Under the pieces are notes generated by a model. That model searched no databases. It was not told the origin of the DNA and saw only the letters and a list, made by a program, of their open reading frames with translations. The position numbers were made by a program, and so were the translations under genes. Of a DNA stretch of 62,105 nucleotides, positions 18,956 to 26,287 are shown piece by piece. How positions within the stretch are numbered: the first letter of the stretch is position 1; each line of letters starts with the position of its first letter. The stretch is from Candidatus Pacearchaeota archaeon (lineage in GTDB: Archaea > Nanobdellota > Nanobdellia > Pacearchaeales > UBA284): assembly GCA_038886195.1 (NCBI GenBank), contig JAVZYK010000001.1:5356-67460 (forward strand), read 5' to 3'.

Positions 18956-19030
18956 TGGCCCCGAGGGGATTTGAACCCCCGACACCTTGCTTAAAAGGCA
19001 AGTGCTCTAACCAGGCTGAGCTACGGGACC
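18956..19030 (-). tRNA. tRNA-Lys(TTT)
   Basis: Reverse complement GGTCCCGTAGCTCAGCCTGGTTAGAGCA-CTTGC-CT-TTT-AA-GCAAG...GTTCAAATCC...CGGGGCCA. Confidence 0.95.
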
Positions 19031-19108
19031 TTGTTTAAGTGAAGCAAAGAATGTTTATAAATTTTTGTTAAAATTTTTTAGATTAAAAAAAGAATTCGAA
19101 TTCTCTAT

Positions 19109-19255
19109 TTATATTTTTATTTTTGTATCTTTAATGTCTTTGCTGTGCTGGTCCATCTCACCAGCTTCAAGACAATCCCAACAAGTATGTACAGAACCAT
19201 CAGGCTCTTTAACTATACCAGTTCCGTGACATTTAGGACAATTTTTTCTTGCCAT
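19109..19255 (-). CDS. Small zinc-finger protein (48 aa)
   Basis: Manual translation MARKNCPKCHGTGIVKEPDGSVHTCWDCLEAGEMDQHSKDIKDTKIKI*; below the ORF-track cutoff. Confidence 0.75.
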   Translation of the reverse strand: MARKNCPKCHGTGIVKEPDGSVHTCWDCLEAGEMDQHSKDIKDTKIKI

Positions 19256-19353
19256 TTTTTCCTTAGCCCTAAAAATAGAATGGCTTAGAGTTTAAAAAGT
19301 TTGTTATAATGAACTATCTTTTTAAATAGCAGACAAAAGTTCTTTGCTTCTCT

Positions 19354-19374
19354 AGGTGCTCGGCAATTTTCTTT
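19354..19374. repeat. 21-bp direct repeat, left copy (AGGTGCTCGGCAATTTTCTTT)
   Basis: Identical to 21239-21259; 17-bp core also at 21009-21025. Confidence 0.9.
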
Positions 19375-19480
19375 TCTACTATCCTTTAAATTAATTATTA
19401 ACAAGAGACTGAAAATAAGAGATTAAAAAAATTAAAAAAGAAGAACCAAAAAGAGATGAGAAAAAATAAAAAAAATAAAA

Positions 19481-19702
19481 TTAAACCAAACCTTTTTCTC
19501 TTATATTTTTAGCAATCCTTCCTTTTCCTTCCTTTTCATAATAATCCGCTACTTTATCTCGCAATTCTTCTTGTAAAGGAACACCAGTAGCTTCAATTAT
19601 ATATTTCAAATCATCAAACCTTCCTTCCTCTGCAGCCTTTTGATAACCTGCCTGAATAATTTCATCTTTAATCTTAGGCTTTACACCAGTAAATTTCCCT
19701 TT
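19481..19702 (-). pseudogene. Orphan C-terminal fragment of a helical-repeat protein, no ATG
   Basis: Open frame KGKFTGVKPKIKDEIIQAGYQKAAEEG...DKVADYYEKEGKGRIAKNIREKGLV* directly preceded by a stop. Confidence 0.6.
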
Positions 19703-19718
19703 TTAATTTATACCAAAA

Positions 19719-19835
19719 TTATTTACTAAGTTTCTCTATCTTTCTTCTCAACTCCATTGCCTTTCTTCCCATACCTGCTCTTTCATAAGCATCAGCCAAT
19801 TTTTCCATCTCTATTATCTTCTCCTCTTTATACAT
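19719..19835 (-). pseudogene. Orphan C-terminal cap fragment or micro-ORF (38 aa)
   Basis: MYKEEKIIEMEKLADAYERAGMGRKAMELRRKIEKLSK*; resembles the tail of the adjacent fragment. Confidence 0.5.
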
Positions 19836-19864
19836 TCAAAAATAATAAAAAAATCTCTGAATTA

Positions 19865-21136
19865 TTATTTTTTCTCTCTACTCTTTTCATAACTTTCTAC
19901 TAATATAGAAATAATATCGCCAACGTCTCCTTTTTCTTCAGCCGCTTTTTTCGCATACTTTAAAGCCTCTTCCTTCGCTCCCACCATAGCCGCAATCCAC
20001 CCAGCACCGTAATAGTTTCTTTTTTTAGCCGCTTTTTTTGCATACTCTAAAGCCTCTTTCTTTGCTCCTGCCATAGCCGCAATCCTTCCAGCACAGTAAT
20101 AGTCTCCTTTTTTATCCTCTTTTTTTGCATACTCTAAAGCCTCTTTCTTTGCTCCTACCCTAGCCGCAATCATTCCAGCACCGTAATAGTCTCCTTCTTT
20201 AGCCGCTTTTTTTGCATACTCTAAAGCCTCTTTCTTTGCTCCTGCCATAGCCGCAATATCTCCAGCACCGCCATACAATCCTTTTTTAGCCCATTTTTTT
20301 GCATACTCTAAAGCCTCTTTCTTTGCTCCTACCCTAGCCGCAATCATTCCAGCATCGTCATACCATCCTCTTTCAGCCGCTTTTTTTGCATACTCTAAAG
20401 CCTCTTTCTTTGCTCCTACCCTAGCCGCAATATCTCCAGCACAGCAATACTCTCCTGTTCCAGCCTCTTTTTTTGCATACTCTAAAGCCTCTTCTTTTGC
20501 TCCTACACTAGCCGCAATCATTCCAGCATCGTAATAGTATCCTTTTTCAGCCAGTTTTTTTGCATACTCTAAAGCCTCTTTCTTTGCTCCTACCCTAGCC
20601 GCAATCCTTCCAGCCTTGTCATACCATCCTTTTTCTTCAGCCGCTTTTTTTGCATACTCTAAAGCCTCTTCTTTTGCTCCTACACTAGCCGCAATCATTC
20701 CAGCATCGTAATAGTATCCTTTTTCAGCCAGTTTTTTTGCATACTCTAAAATTTCCTTTTTCTCACTTGGAGAAAATACTTCTTTGACTCCTTTGACTGC
20801 TGGCTTGACTGCTGGCATTCCTATACTTTTTGATTTTGCATATTCTGCCAGTTCTTTAATACGATCAAAATTATTTGTTTTTAATGCCTCTTGAATCTCT
20901 CTTTTAAGCCTGTACCCTTCCCTCTCTTGCAATTTTTTGTAATCTTCTCTAGCAATATCAATAATTTCTGGCAAATGCTCTTCAACAAAAGCTGTTTGCT
21001 TCTCGAGATGCTCGGCAATTTTCTTCTCTACTGCCTCTTTCTCGCGAAACAATTTTTTATACTCAGAAAAACGCTTTACTAACTCTTTCTCCAAATCCTT
21101 TTTCCCTTTTGTCATCCCTTTTTTTTCTTTTGCCAT
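19865..21136 (-). CDS. Helical (TPR-like) tandem-repeat protein with charged N-terminal domain
   Basis: 423 aa; nine full and one partial 29-aa repeats LEYAKKxAxxGxYxxAGxIAAxVGAKxEA. Confidence 0.9.
   Translation of the reverse strand: MAKEKKGMTKGKKDLEKELVKRFSEYKKLFREKEAVEKKIAEHLEKQTAFVEEHLPEIIDIAREDYKKLQEREGYRLKREIQEALKTNNFDRIKELAEYAKSKSIGMPAVKPAVKGVKEVFSPSEKKEILEYAKKLAEKGYYYDAGMIAASVGAKEEALEYAKKAAEEKGWYDKAGRIAARVGAKKEALEYAKKLAEKGYYYDAGMIAASVGAKEEALEYAKKEAGTGEYCCAGDIAARVGAKKEALEYAKKAAERGWYDDAGMIAARVGAKKEALEYAKKWAKKGLYGGAGDIAAMAGAKKEALEYAKKAAKEGDYYGAGMIAARVGAKKEALEYAKKEDKKGDYYCAGRIAAMAGAKKEALEYAKKAAKKRNYYGAGWIAAMVGAKEEALKYAKKAAEEKGDVGDIISILVESYEKSREKK
19928..20749 (-). repeat. Coding tandem array of 87-bp units (one 90 bp)
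   Basis: Recurring TTTGCATACTCTAAAGCCTC and TAGCCGCAAT blocks; units 1 and 3 identical. Confidence 0.95.
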
Positions 21137-21238
21137 ATTTTTTCTTAGTTTTTTTGGTTTTTAAAATTTGTTGCGATGAGTGAGAATCAAAGAGACATAA
21201 TAGAAAGGTTCAAGATAAAAAACGAAGAAGGATTAAAA

Positions 21239-21259
21239 AGGTGCTCGGCAATTTTCTTT
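21239..21259. repeat. 21-bp direct repeat, right copy
   Basis: Identical to 19354-19374; 40 bp from the 3' end of tRNA-Asp. Confidence 0.9.
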
Positions 21260-21299
21260 ACAGAGCCTACAACATCTGCTCGTAATACAGAAAGTTAAA

Positions 21300-21371
21300 C
21301 GCCCGCACCGGGATTCGAACCCGGATTACAGCCGTGACAGGGCTGTGTGTTAACCATTGCACCATACGGGC
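21300..21371 (-). tRNA. tRNA-Asp(GTC)
   Basis: Reverse complement GCCCGTATGGTGCAATGGTTAACACA-CAGCC-CT-GTC-AC-GGCTG...GTTCGAATCCCGGTGCGGGCG. Confidence 0.93.
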
Positions 21372-21487
21372 ACATTTTTTAAAAAATTTTATAATTTTTA
21401 AAGTTTTTCTCTTATGTAAATTTAGAAACTAAAACACTAAAAATTTAAACCCAAAAAGGCAACCATTGTTATAAAAAAGAGGCGAAA

Positions 21488-22096
21488 ATGGAAAAAGGAA
21501 AAGAGCACGAGCATCACAAGCATTTTAAATTCAGGATCGTAGGAAAAAGCGCTTTTGAGAAACATAGAGACTTTTATGAGATATTTTTTTCTGAATTTAT
21601 TTCTATAACTGGCGGTTTGATTGCCGGCTTATTTTTGCTCAATATTAAAAATAGTTTAGAGTTTGTTCCCGCCCTACTTATTCTGCTTCCTGGTTTTTTG
21701 GAACTTCAAGGAAATCTTTTAGGATCTTTAGCTGCAAGATTAAGTGTAGCTTTGCACTTGAGAAAATTGAAGCCTGAACTAAATCATGGAAAAATCTTTA
21801 CTTCCAATATTGCGGCTACTGTTTTTTTAGCATTTGTTGTTTCTATGGTTTTAGGAATCTCTGCTTATATTTTAACTAAAATAATTTTTGGTATTTCGGC
21901 CATAAATATAATTTTTATTTCCATAATTGCCATGTTTTTTTCACTTGTTTTAGGAATTCCTTTAACTGTCTTGGCTATATTTTGGTTTTTTAAAAAAGGA
22001 TTAGAGCCAGATGATATAATGGGGCCTTATGTTACAACTTTAGCAGATGTTATTAGTATTATAACAATTTTGATGGCTATTGCAATAATGGTATAG
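21488..22096 (+). CDS. MgtE/SLC41-type divalent cation transporter membrane domain
   Basis: PGFLELQGNLLGSLAARLS and GLEPDDIMGPYVTTLADV motifs; His-rich N-terminus. Confidence 0.85.
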   Translation: MEKGKEHEHHKHFKFRIVGKSAFEKHRDFYEIFFSEFISITGGLIAGLFLLNIKNSLEFVPALLILLPGFLELQGNLLGSLAARLSVALHLRKLKPELNHGKIFTSNIAATVFLAFVVSMVLGISAYILTKIIFGISAINIIFISIIAMFFSLVLGIPLTVLAIFWFFKKGLEPDDIMGPYVTTLADVISIITILMAIAIMV

Positions 22097-22101
22097 AAAA
22101 A

Positions 22102-22644
22102 ATGAAACTGTTCATGAAAATTGTGCGTGAAAGCATATTTGTTTTAATTATAGCTACGCTTTTAAGTTCAATTGGTGGCATTGCTTTAAAATCTGTAGAA
22201 GAAAGTCTTGTCACCATAGTTCCTCTAATTATCATATTGCCCGCCTTGAATGACATGATTGGAGATTTTGGAATTATTTTGGTTTCAAGATTTACTACTG
22301 CTTTGTATATGAATAAAAAGATAAAAATTGTGGCAAAACATCTGTTTAAAGATGTGTTTTTAATTTCATTAATTTCTGCGATTTATATTGCAGTGATTGG
22401 AACTTTTTTTTCTTTATCAAAAGGTTTTTCTTTTAATGCCGTCTTTTTGTTAAAGATGATTGTTTTAACCCTCATTACAACTACTGGATTAGTTTTGATT
22501 AATTTTCTAATTGCTTTTTTTGCTGGCAAATATGTTTATAAGAAAAAGATTGATCCTGACGATGTTTTGATACCTTTAACTACTTCTATAGCGGATTTAG
22601 GAGCGATGATTATTTTGTCTTTGTTAGTTTTATGGCTTTTTTGA
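22102..22644 (+). CDS. MgtE/SLC41-type transporter membrane domain, second half
   Basis: PALNDMIGDFG and IDPDDVLIPLTTSIADL motifs. Confidence 0.85.
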   Translation: MKLFMKIVRESIFVLIIATLLSSIGGIALKSVEESLVTIVPLIIILPALNDMIGDFGIILVSRFTTALYMNKKIKIVAKHLFKDVFLISLISAIYIAVIGTFFSLSKGFSFNAVFLLKMIVLTLITTTGLVLINFLIAFFAGKYVYKKKIDPDDVLIPLTTSIADLGAMIILSLLVLWLF

Positions 22645-23535
22645 TTTCAAATAAGAATATGCGGAAAAAGCGGCTATAGCGCCATCGCTTGCCGCCGTGA
22701 CTATTTGCCTTAGTGTCTTTTTTCTTATGTCGCCCGCTGCGAAAATGCCTTTAATATTTGTTTCCATCGCCTGGTTTGTTAAAATGAATCCTTCTTTGTC
22801 TTTTTGTATCGGTATTTTTTTTAAAAAATAGGTAACAGGAACATTGCCAATTTCTATAAAAATGCCTTGAACGTTAAGTTTCTTTTTATTATTTAAAATT
22901 ATAGATTCAACGAAATTTTTTCCTTTAATTTCTTTAATTCCAGAATTGTAAAGAATTTTAATTTTCTTATTTTTTTTCAATCTTTCAATTTGAATCGGTT
23001 CTGCTTTTAATTCTTTACCTCTATAAATTAGATAGATTTTTTTTGCATATTCTGCCAAAAGCAAAGCGCTCATAACAGCAGAATTGCCGCCACCAATTAC
23101 AGCCACGATTTTATTTTTAAACAAAGGAGCATCACAAGTTGCGCAATAAGAAACGCCTTTGCCAATAAATTTTTCTTCATTGGGAATATTAAGTTTTTTT
23201 CTTTCAGTTCCAGAAGCCAAAATTATTGTCTTTGTTTTGTATATTTTGTTTCCTGTGACAACAAGAAAGTATTTTCTTTTTTTTATTTCTTTAACTTCTT
23301 CTTTAATTATTCTAATATTGAATGTCTTGGCTTGGTCTTCTATTCTTTTTAGCAATTCCATTCCAGAAATGTTTGGAAAGCCAGGATAGTTTTCAATTTT
23401 ATGAGCATAAAAAGCTAGACCAAGTCCTTTGGTTATAACCAATGTTTTTAATTTATATCTTGTTGCATAGATTGCTGCTGTTAGGCCGGCGGGACCGGAG
23501 CCTATAATAATTAAATCATAAATCTCAAATCTCAT
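22630..23535 (-). CDS. trxB: Thioredoxin reductase
   Basis: GSGPAG, GVSYCATCD, GGGNSA, FAAGD. Confidence 0.95.
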   Translation of the reverse strand: MRFEIYDLIIIGSGPAGLTAAIYATRYKLKTLVITKGLGLAFYAHKIENYPGFPNISGMELLKRIEDQAKTFNIRIIKEEVKEIKKRKYFLVVTGNKIYKTKTIILASGTERKKLNIPNEEKFIGKGVSYCATCDAPLFKNKIVAVIGGGNSAVMSALLLAEYAKKIYLIYRGKELKAEPIQIERLKKNKKIKILYNSGIKEIKGKNFVESIILNNKKKLNVQGIFIEIGNVPVTYFLKKIPIQKDKEGFILTNQAMETNIKGIFAAGDIRKKTLRQIVTAASDGAIAAFSAYSYLKSKKP

Positions 23536-23550
23536 TTTTTATTTCTTCTT

Positions 23551-23793
23551 TTACTTATATCTTAAAGATGTAAATAAGTATATTAGAGCAAGGCAGGCCC
23601 AAATTATGAATAAAACTGCAGAAGGCCAAGCGTCGTTGACTATAGAATTAATAACAATTCCTATAGCGCCTATAAAATTCAAGGTTTGATAAAGCCTTGA
23701 ATTTGGTTGTATTTGTTTTGTTGTAACAAGCAAATATGCTATCAAAATTAAAGCCATGCCAGCCCAGCCAATTATTGATATTATCGATACCAT
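23551..23793 (-). CDS. Small 3-TM membrane protein (CBU_0592-like)
   Basis: IGWAG..LILIAY...YQTLNFIGA...AWPS. Confidence 0.7.
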   Translation of the reverse strand: MVSIISIIGWAGMALILIAYLLVTTKQIQPNSRLYQTLNFIGAIGIVINSIVNDAWPSAVLFIIWACLALIYLFTSLRYK

Positions 23794-23848
23794 TTTTTTA
23801 TCTTATTTTTTATTTTTTTAAATTTTTTTATAATTAAATGAACTTCAT

Positions 23849-24550
23849 TTAATAAAGCCAGCCAAACAATAAAGCAAGGCCTATAATTACCAATATTATG
23901 CCCGCTATAAGATGAAGCACTCTTATGTTTCTTTCACGCCATCCATATACTACATCTATTGTTGTAAATCCGAAATAAATTATTAAAGTAATTGCTATCA
24001 TAGGAAGCACGAAAATTATATTATATAATAAAAGCCAAGGGATTGTTTCAATAATGCTCAATGGCTCAAGAAGGCCGCAACAAATTATATAGGGTCCCAT
24101 CGTGCATGGTGTCAAAAATAATGCTACGATTAAACCAGTAACAAATGCTCCTTTTGCTGAAGTTATACTTGCAATTATGTTTTTCATTGTAGGACGCCAT
24201 TTTCTTGGAACCTCGGTAACCATTCCTAAAGCTCCGTAAGCAAAAAAATCTTTTATGTTTAGCAATCCTAGAACAATTCCAATTATTCCAAGAAAACGAT
24301 AAAGCCATAGTTTTATTCCAGCTATTGCAGTTAAACCCTTGAAAACATTAATTAAAACAAGGCCGTAAATAAAATACATTAAAAATATTGCTGCAGTAAA
24401 TGCCAAGCCAACCCGAAGTACTTTTTTTCTTTCTCTAGGATATCGTGTTAAAATTGCTATAAGCGCCAATGTTAATACAGCAAGTTCACATGGATTGACA
24501 GCATCGGCTGCTGCTAGTCCTAAAATTGTTGGCAAAGTTAAATTAACCAT
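23849..24550 (-). CDS. CcdA/DsbD-like transmembrane electron transporter
   Basis: Two Pro-Cys motifs (VNPCE, TPCTMGPY) in a 6-TM protein. Confidence 0.82.
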   Translation of the reverse strand: MVNLTLPTILGLAAADAVNPCELAVLTLALIAILTRYPRERKKVLRVGLAFTAAIFLMYFIYGLVLINVFKGLTAIAGIKLWLYRFLGIIGIVLGLLNIKDFFAYGALGMVTEVPRKWRPTMKNIIASITSAKGAFVTGLIVALFLTPCTMGPYIICCGLLEPLSIIETIPWLLLYNIIFVLPMIAITLIIYFGFTTIDVVYGWRERNIRVLHLIAGIILVIIGLALLFGWLY

Positions 24551-24965
24551 TTTGGTTTATAATGGCATTTTTATATTCTTCTTTGCTTTTTACTCCGACA
24601 TATGTTTTACAATCGATTATAACTGTAGGAACCGCTTCTGGAATTAAATTTAGATTCAAAACAGCTTCTTTATCTTTTTCTATTGCTAAATCGTAGTAAG
24701 AAAAACTTAAATTCAATTCTCGTTCTAATTCTTGAAGTCTTGGAACTGCAATTGCGCAAGCACTACAACCCGTCATATGAATTATCATTATTTTTGGAAG
24801 TTTATTACAATATTCTGATGATAGGATTGTTCCATCTTTAAGTGTTATTTTTTCTTTTTCTTTTGGTTGGCTTGAAACTAAAATTATTAATATAATGATT
24901 ATAACTATCGCCAAAATTAGTGCGGCGTAACCCCAAAAAAGTTTTTTATTAATTTCTTCATTCAT
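24543..24965 (-). CDS. Membrane-anchored thioredoxin-fold protein
   Basis: TM helix, CSAC, AVPT cis-Pro loop. Confidence 0.8.
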   Translation of the reverse strand: MNEEINKKLFWGYAALILAIVIIIILIILVSSQPKEKEKITLKDGTILSSEYCNKLPKIMIIHMTGCSACAIAVPRLQELERELNLSFSYYDLAIEKDKEAVLNLNLIPEAVPTVIIDCKTYVGVKSKEEYKNAIINQNG

Positions 24966-25195
24966 TTTATTTTCAATATTTCTTTTAATTTCTTTTGATC
25001 AAAACCAACAACTATTTTTCCATCTATTTCTGTTACAGGAACGCCCATTTGGCCAGATTTGGCTACCATTTCTTGAGCTGCTTTTTCATTTGTGCTAACA
25101 TCTATGTCTTGAAATTCGATTTTATTTTTTTTCAACCATTCTTTAAGCATATGGCACCAAGGACAATGTGGTGTTGAGTAAACTTTAATTTTCAT
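24962..25195 (-). CDS. Glutaredoxin/NrdH-redoxin
   Basis: YSTPHCPWC, SGQMGVPV, VGFD. Confidence 0.92.
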   Translation of the reverse strand: MKIKVYSTPHCPWCHMLKEWLKKNKIEFQDIDVSTNEKAAQEMVAKSGQMGVPVTEIDGKIVVGFDQKKLKEILKIK

Positions 25196-25196
25196 T

Positions 25197-26198
25197 TTAC
25201 TTTAGTCTCATACTTTCAATCTCTTTTTTATTTAATTGAGAAACTTCTAGCAGTTTATTAAGCTTTCCTTTTCTATAATTAACAATGACTCGTTTTCCTT
25301 CAGGAGCATCTGAATATGACGCTGTTAAAGCCGCAGTAATTTCAATAGCTTTTTTAGTTCCTCTTCCTTGCATCAATGTTACTGGGCCTGGAAAATCTTT
25401 TAGTTCAAAAATAAAATCTTTTTTTGCTAAAGCCTCTAGCTTTTTATTTTCTTGCTCGTTTCTTCCTACAATTATTTTATTCTTACCATAACGGAAATGT
25501 CTTCCTAATTTAAGCAATTCTATATCTCGCGGTTCAATTTTTTTTCTATGTTCAAAAAGATCTCTAAGTCTTTTTGCAAATTCTTTCTCACAAAGTAAAC
25601 AACCTCCGGCAGGTGTAGGAAAAGAAATCTCAAATTTTTTAGCTAGTTCAATTTGTTTTTTTCTTGAACGTCCTTGAATATCAAGCAACTTGTTTCTATC
25701 AACAAGACCTTGTTTCTCAATTTCTGTTTCTGGCAAAAGTTTCGCGCTTAGCGGTCTTAGAAGTTTGCCTTGTAAACCAGATTCTTTTTCAACCACATCT
25801 AACATTTTTCTTGTTTGGCTCATTGGTCTTTCATTAAGGACTTCGCCTGTTACAATAAATTGTGCCTTGAGCTTAGACATTAAAGCTTTTGCTTTCTTTA
25901 ACATAAAAATTCTACAATCAATGCAAGGATTAATTGCAGAGCCATAACCATATTTTGGCTTTCTTATTAGGGCCATATATTCTTGAAACAATTTGCCTTT
26001 AGTACAATCTATAATTTTTAATTTAATGCCTTGAGTTTGCGCAAAGTTGAAAGCACAATCAGGCATGCAACAACCAGTACCAAATGGTAATGAAAAGTAT
26101 AAAGCAATTATATCAATACCTTGTTGTTGCATTAATTTTATTGCAAGTCTTGAGTCAAGACCGCCTGAAAGCAAGGCCAGGCATCTTTTTTTAGGCAT
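25197..26198 (-). CDS. PP-loop tRNA thiolase, ThiI/MnmA-like, no THUMP domain
   Basis: SGGLDS PP-loop, NPCIDCR, TGEVL..RPMSQ, PAGGCLL, GRHFR. Confidence 0.8.
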   Translation of the reverse strand: MPKKRCLALLSGGLDSRLAIKLMQQQGIDIIALYFSLPFGTGCCMPDCAFNFAQTQGIKLKIIDCTKGKLFQEYMALIRKPKYGYGSAINPCIDCRIFMLKKAKALMSKLKAQFIVTGEVLNERPMSQTRKMLDVVEKESGLQGKLLRPLSAKLLPETEIEKQGLVDRNKLLDIQGRSRKKQIELAKKFEISFPTPAGGCLLCEKEFAKRLRDLFEHRKKIEPRDIELLKLGRHFRYGKNKIIVGRNEQENKKLEALAKKDFIFELKDFPGPVTLMQGRGTKKAIEITAALTASYSDAPEGKRVIVNYRKGKLNKLLEVSQLNKKEIESMRLK

Positions 26199-26287
26199 TT
26201 TTATATTAAAAAATCAAGTTTTAGGTTTTTTTATTTTTTTCTTTAAAAACAAAAGAATTAAAAATAAAAATTAGTTTATTATTGAAA

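Noticed and set aside
19928-20749. CRISPR array
   Set aside because: Units are in-frame 87/90-bp coding repeats with similar, not unique, intervening sequence; no cas genes
19928-20749. Diversity-generating retroelement target
   Set aside because: Some variable codons are NNC, but many adenines are invariant, and no reverse transcriptase or template repeat is in the window; a trans-acting DGR is not fully excluded
21176-21298. 40-aa plus-strand ORF (MSENQRDIIERF...) crossing the right repeat
   Set aside because: Short, no recognisable motif, no independent support
19354-21371. Classical tRNA-integrated element
   Set aside because: The direct repeat is not a copy of either tRNA 3' end and no integrase is present
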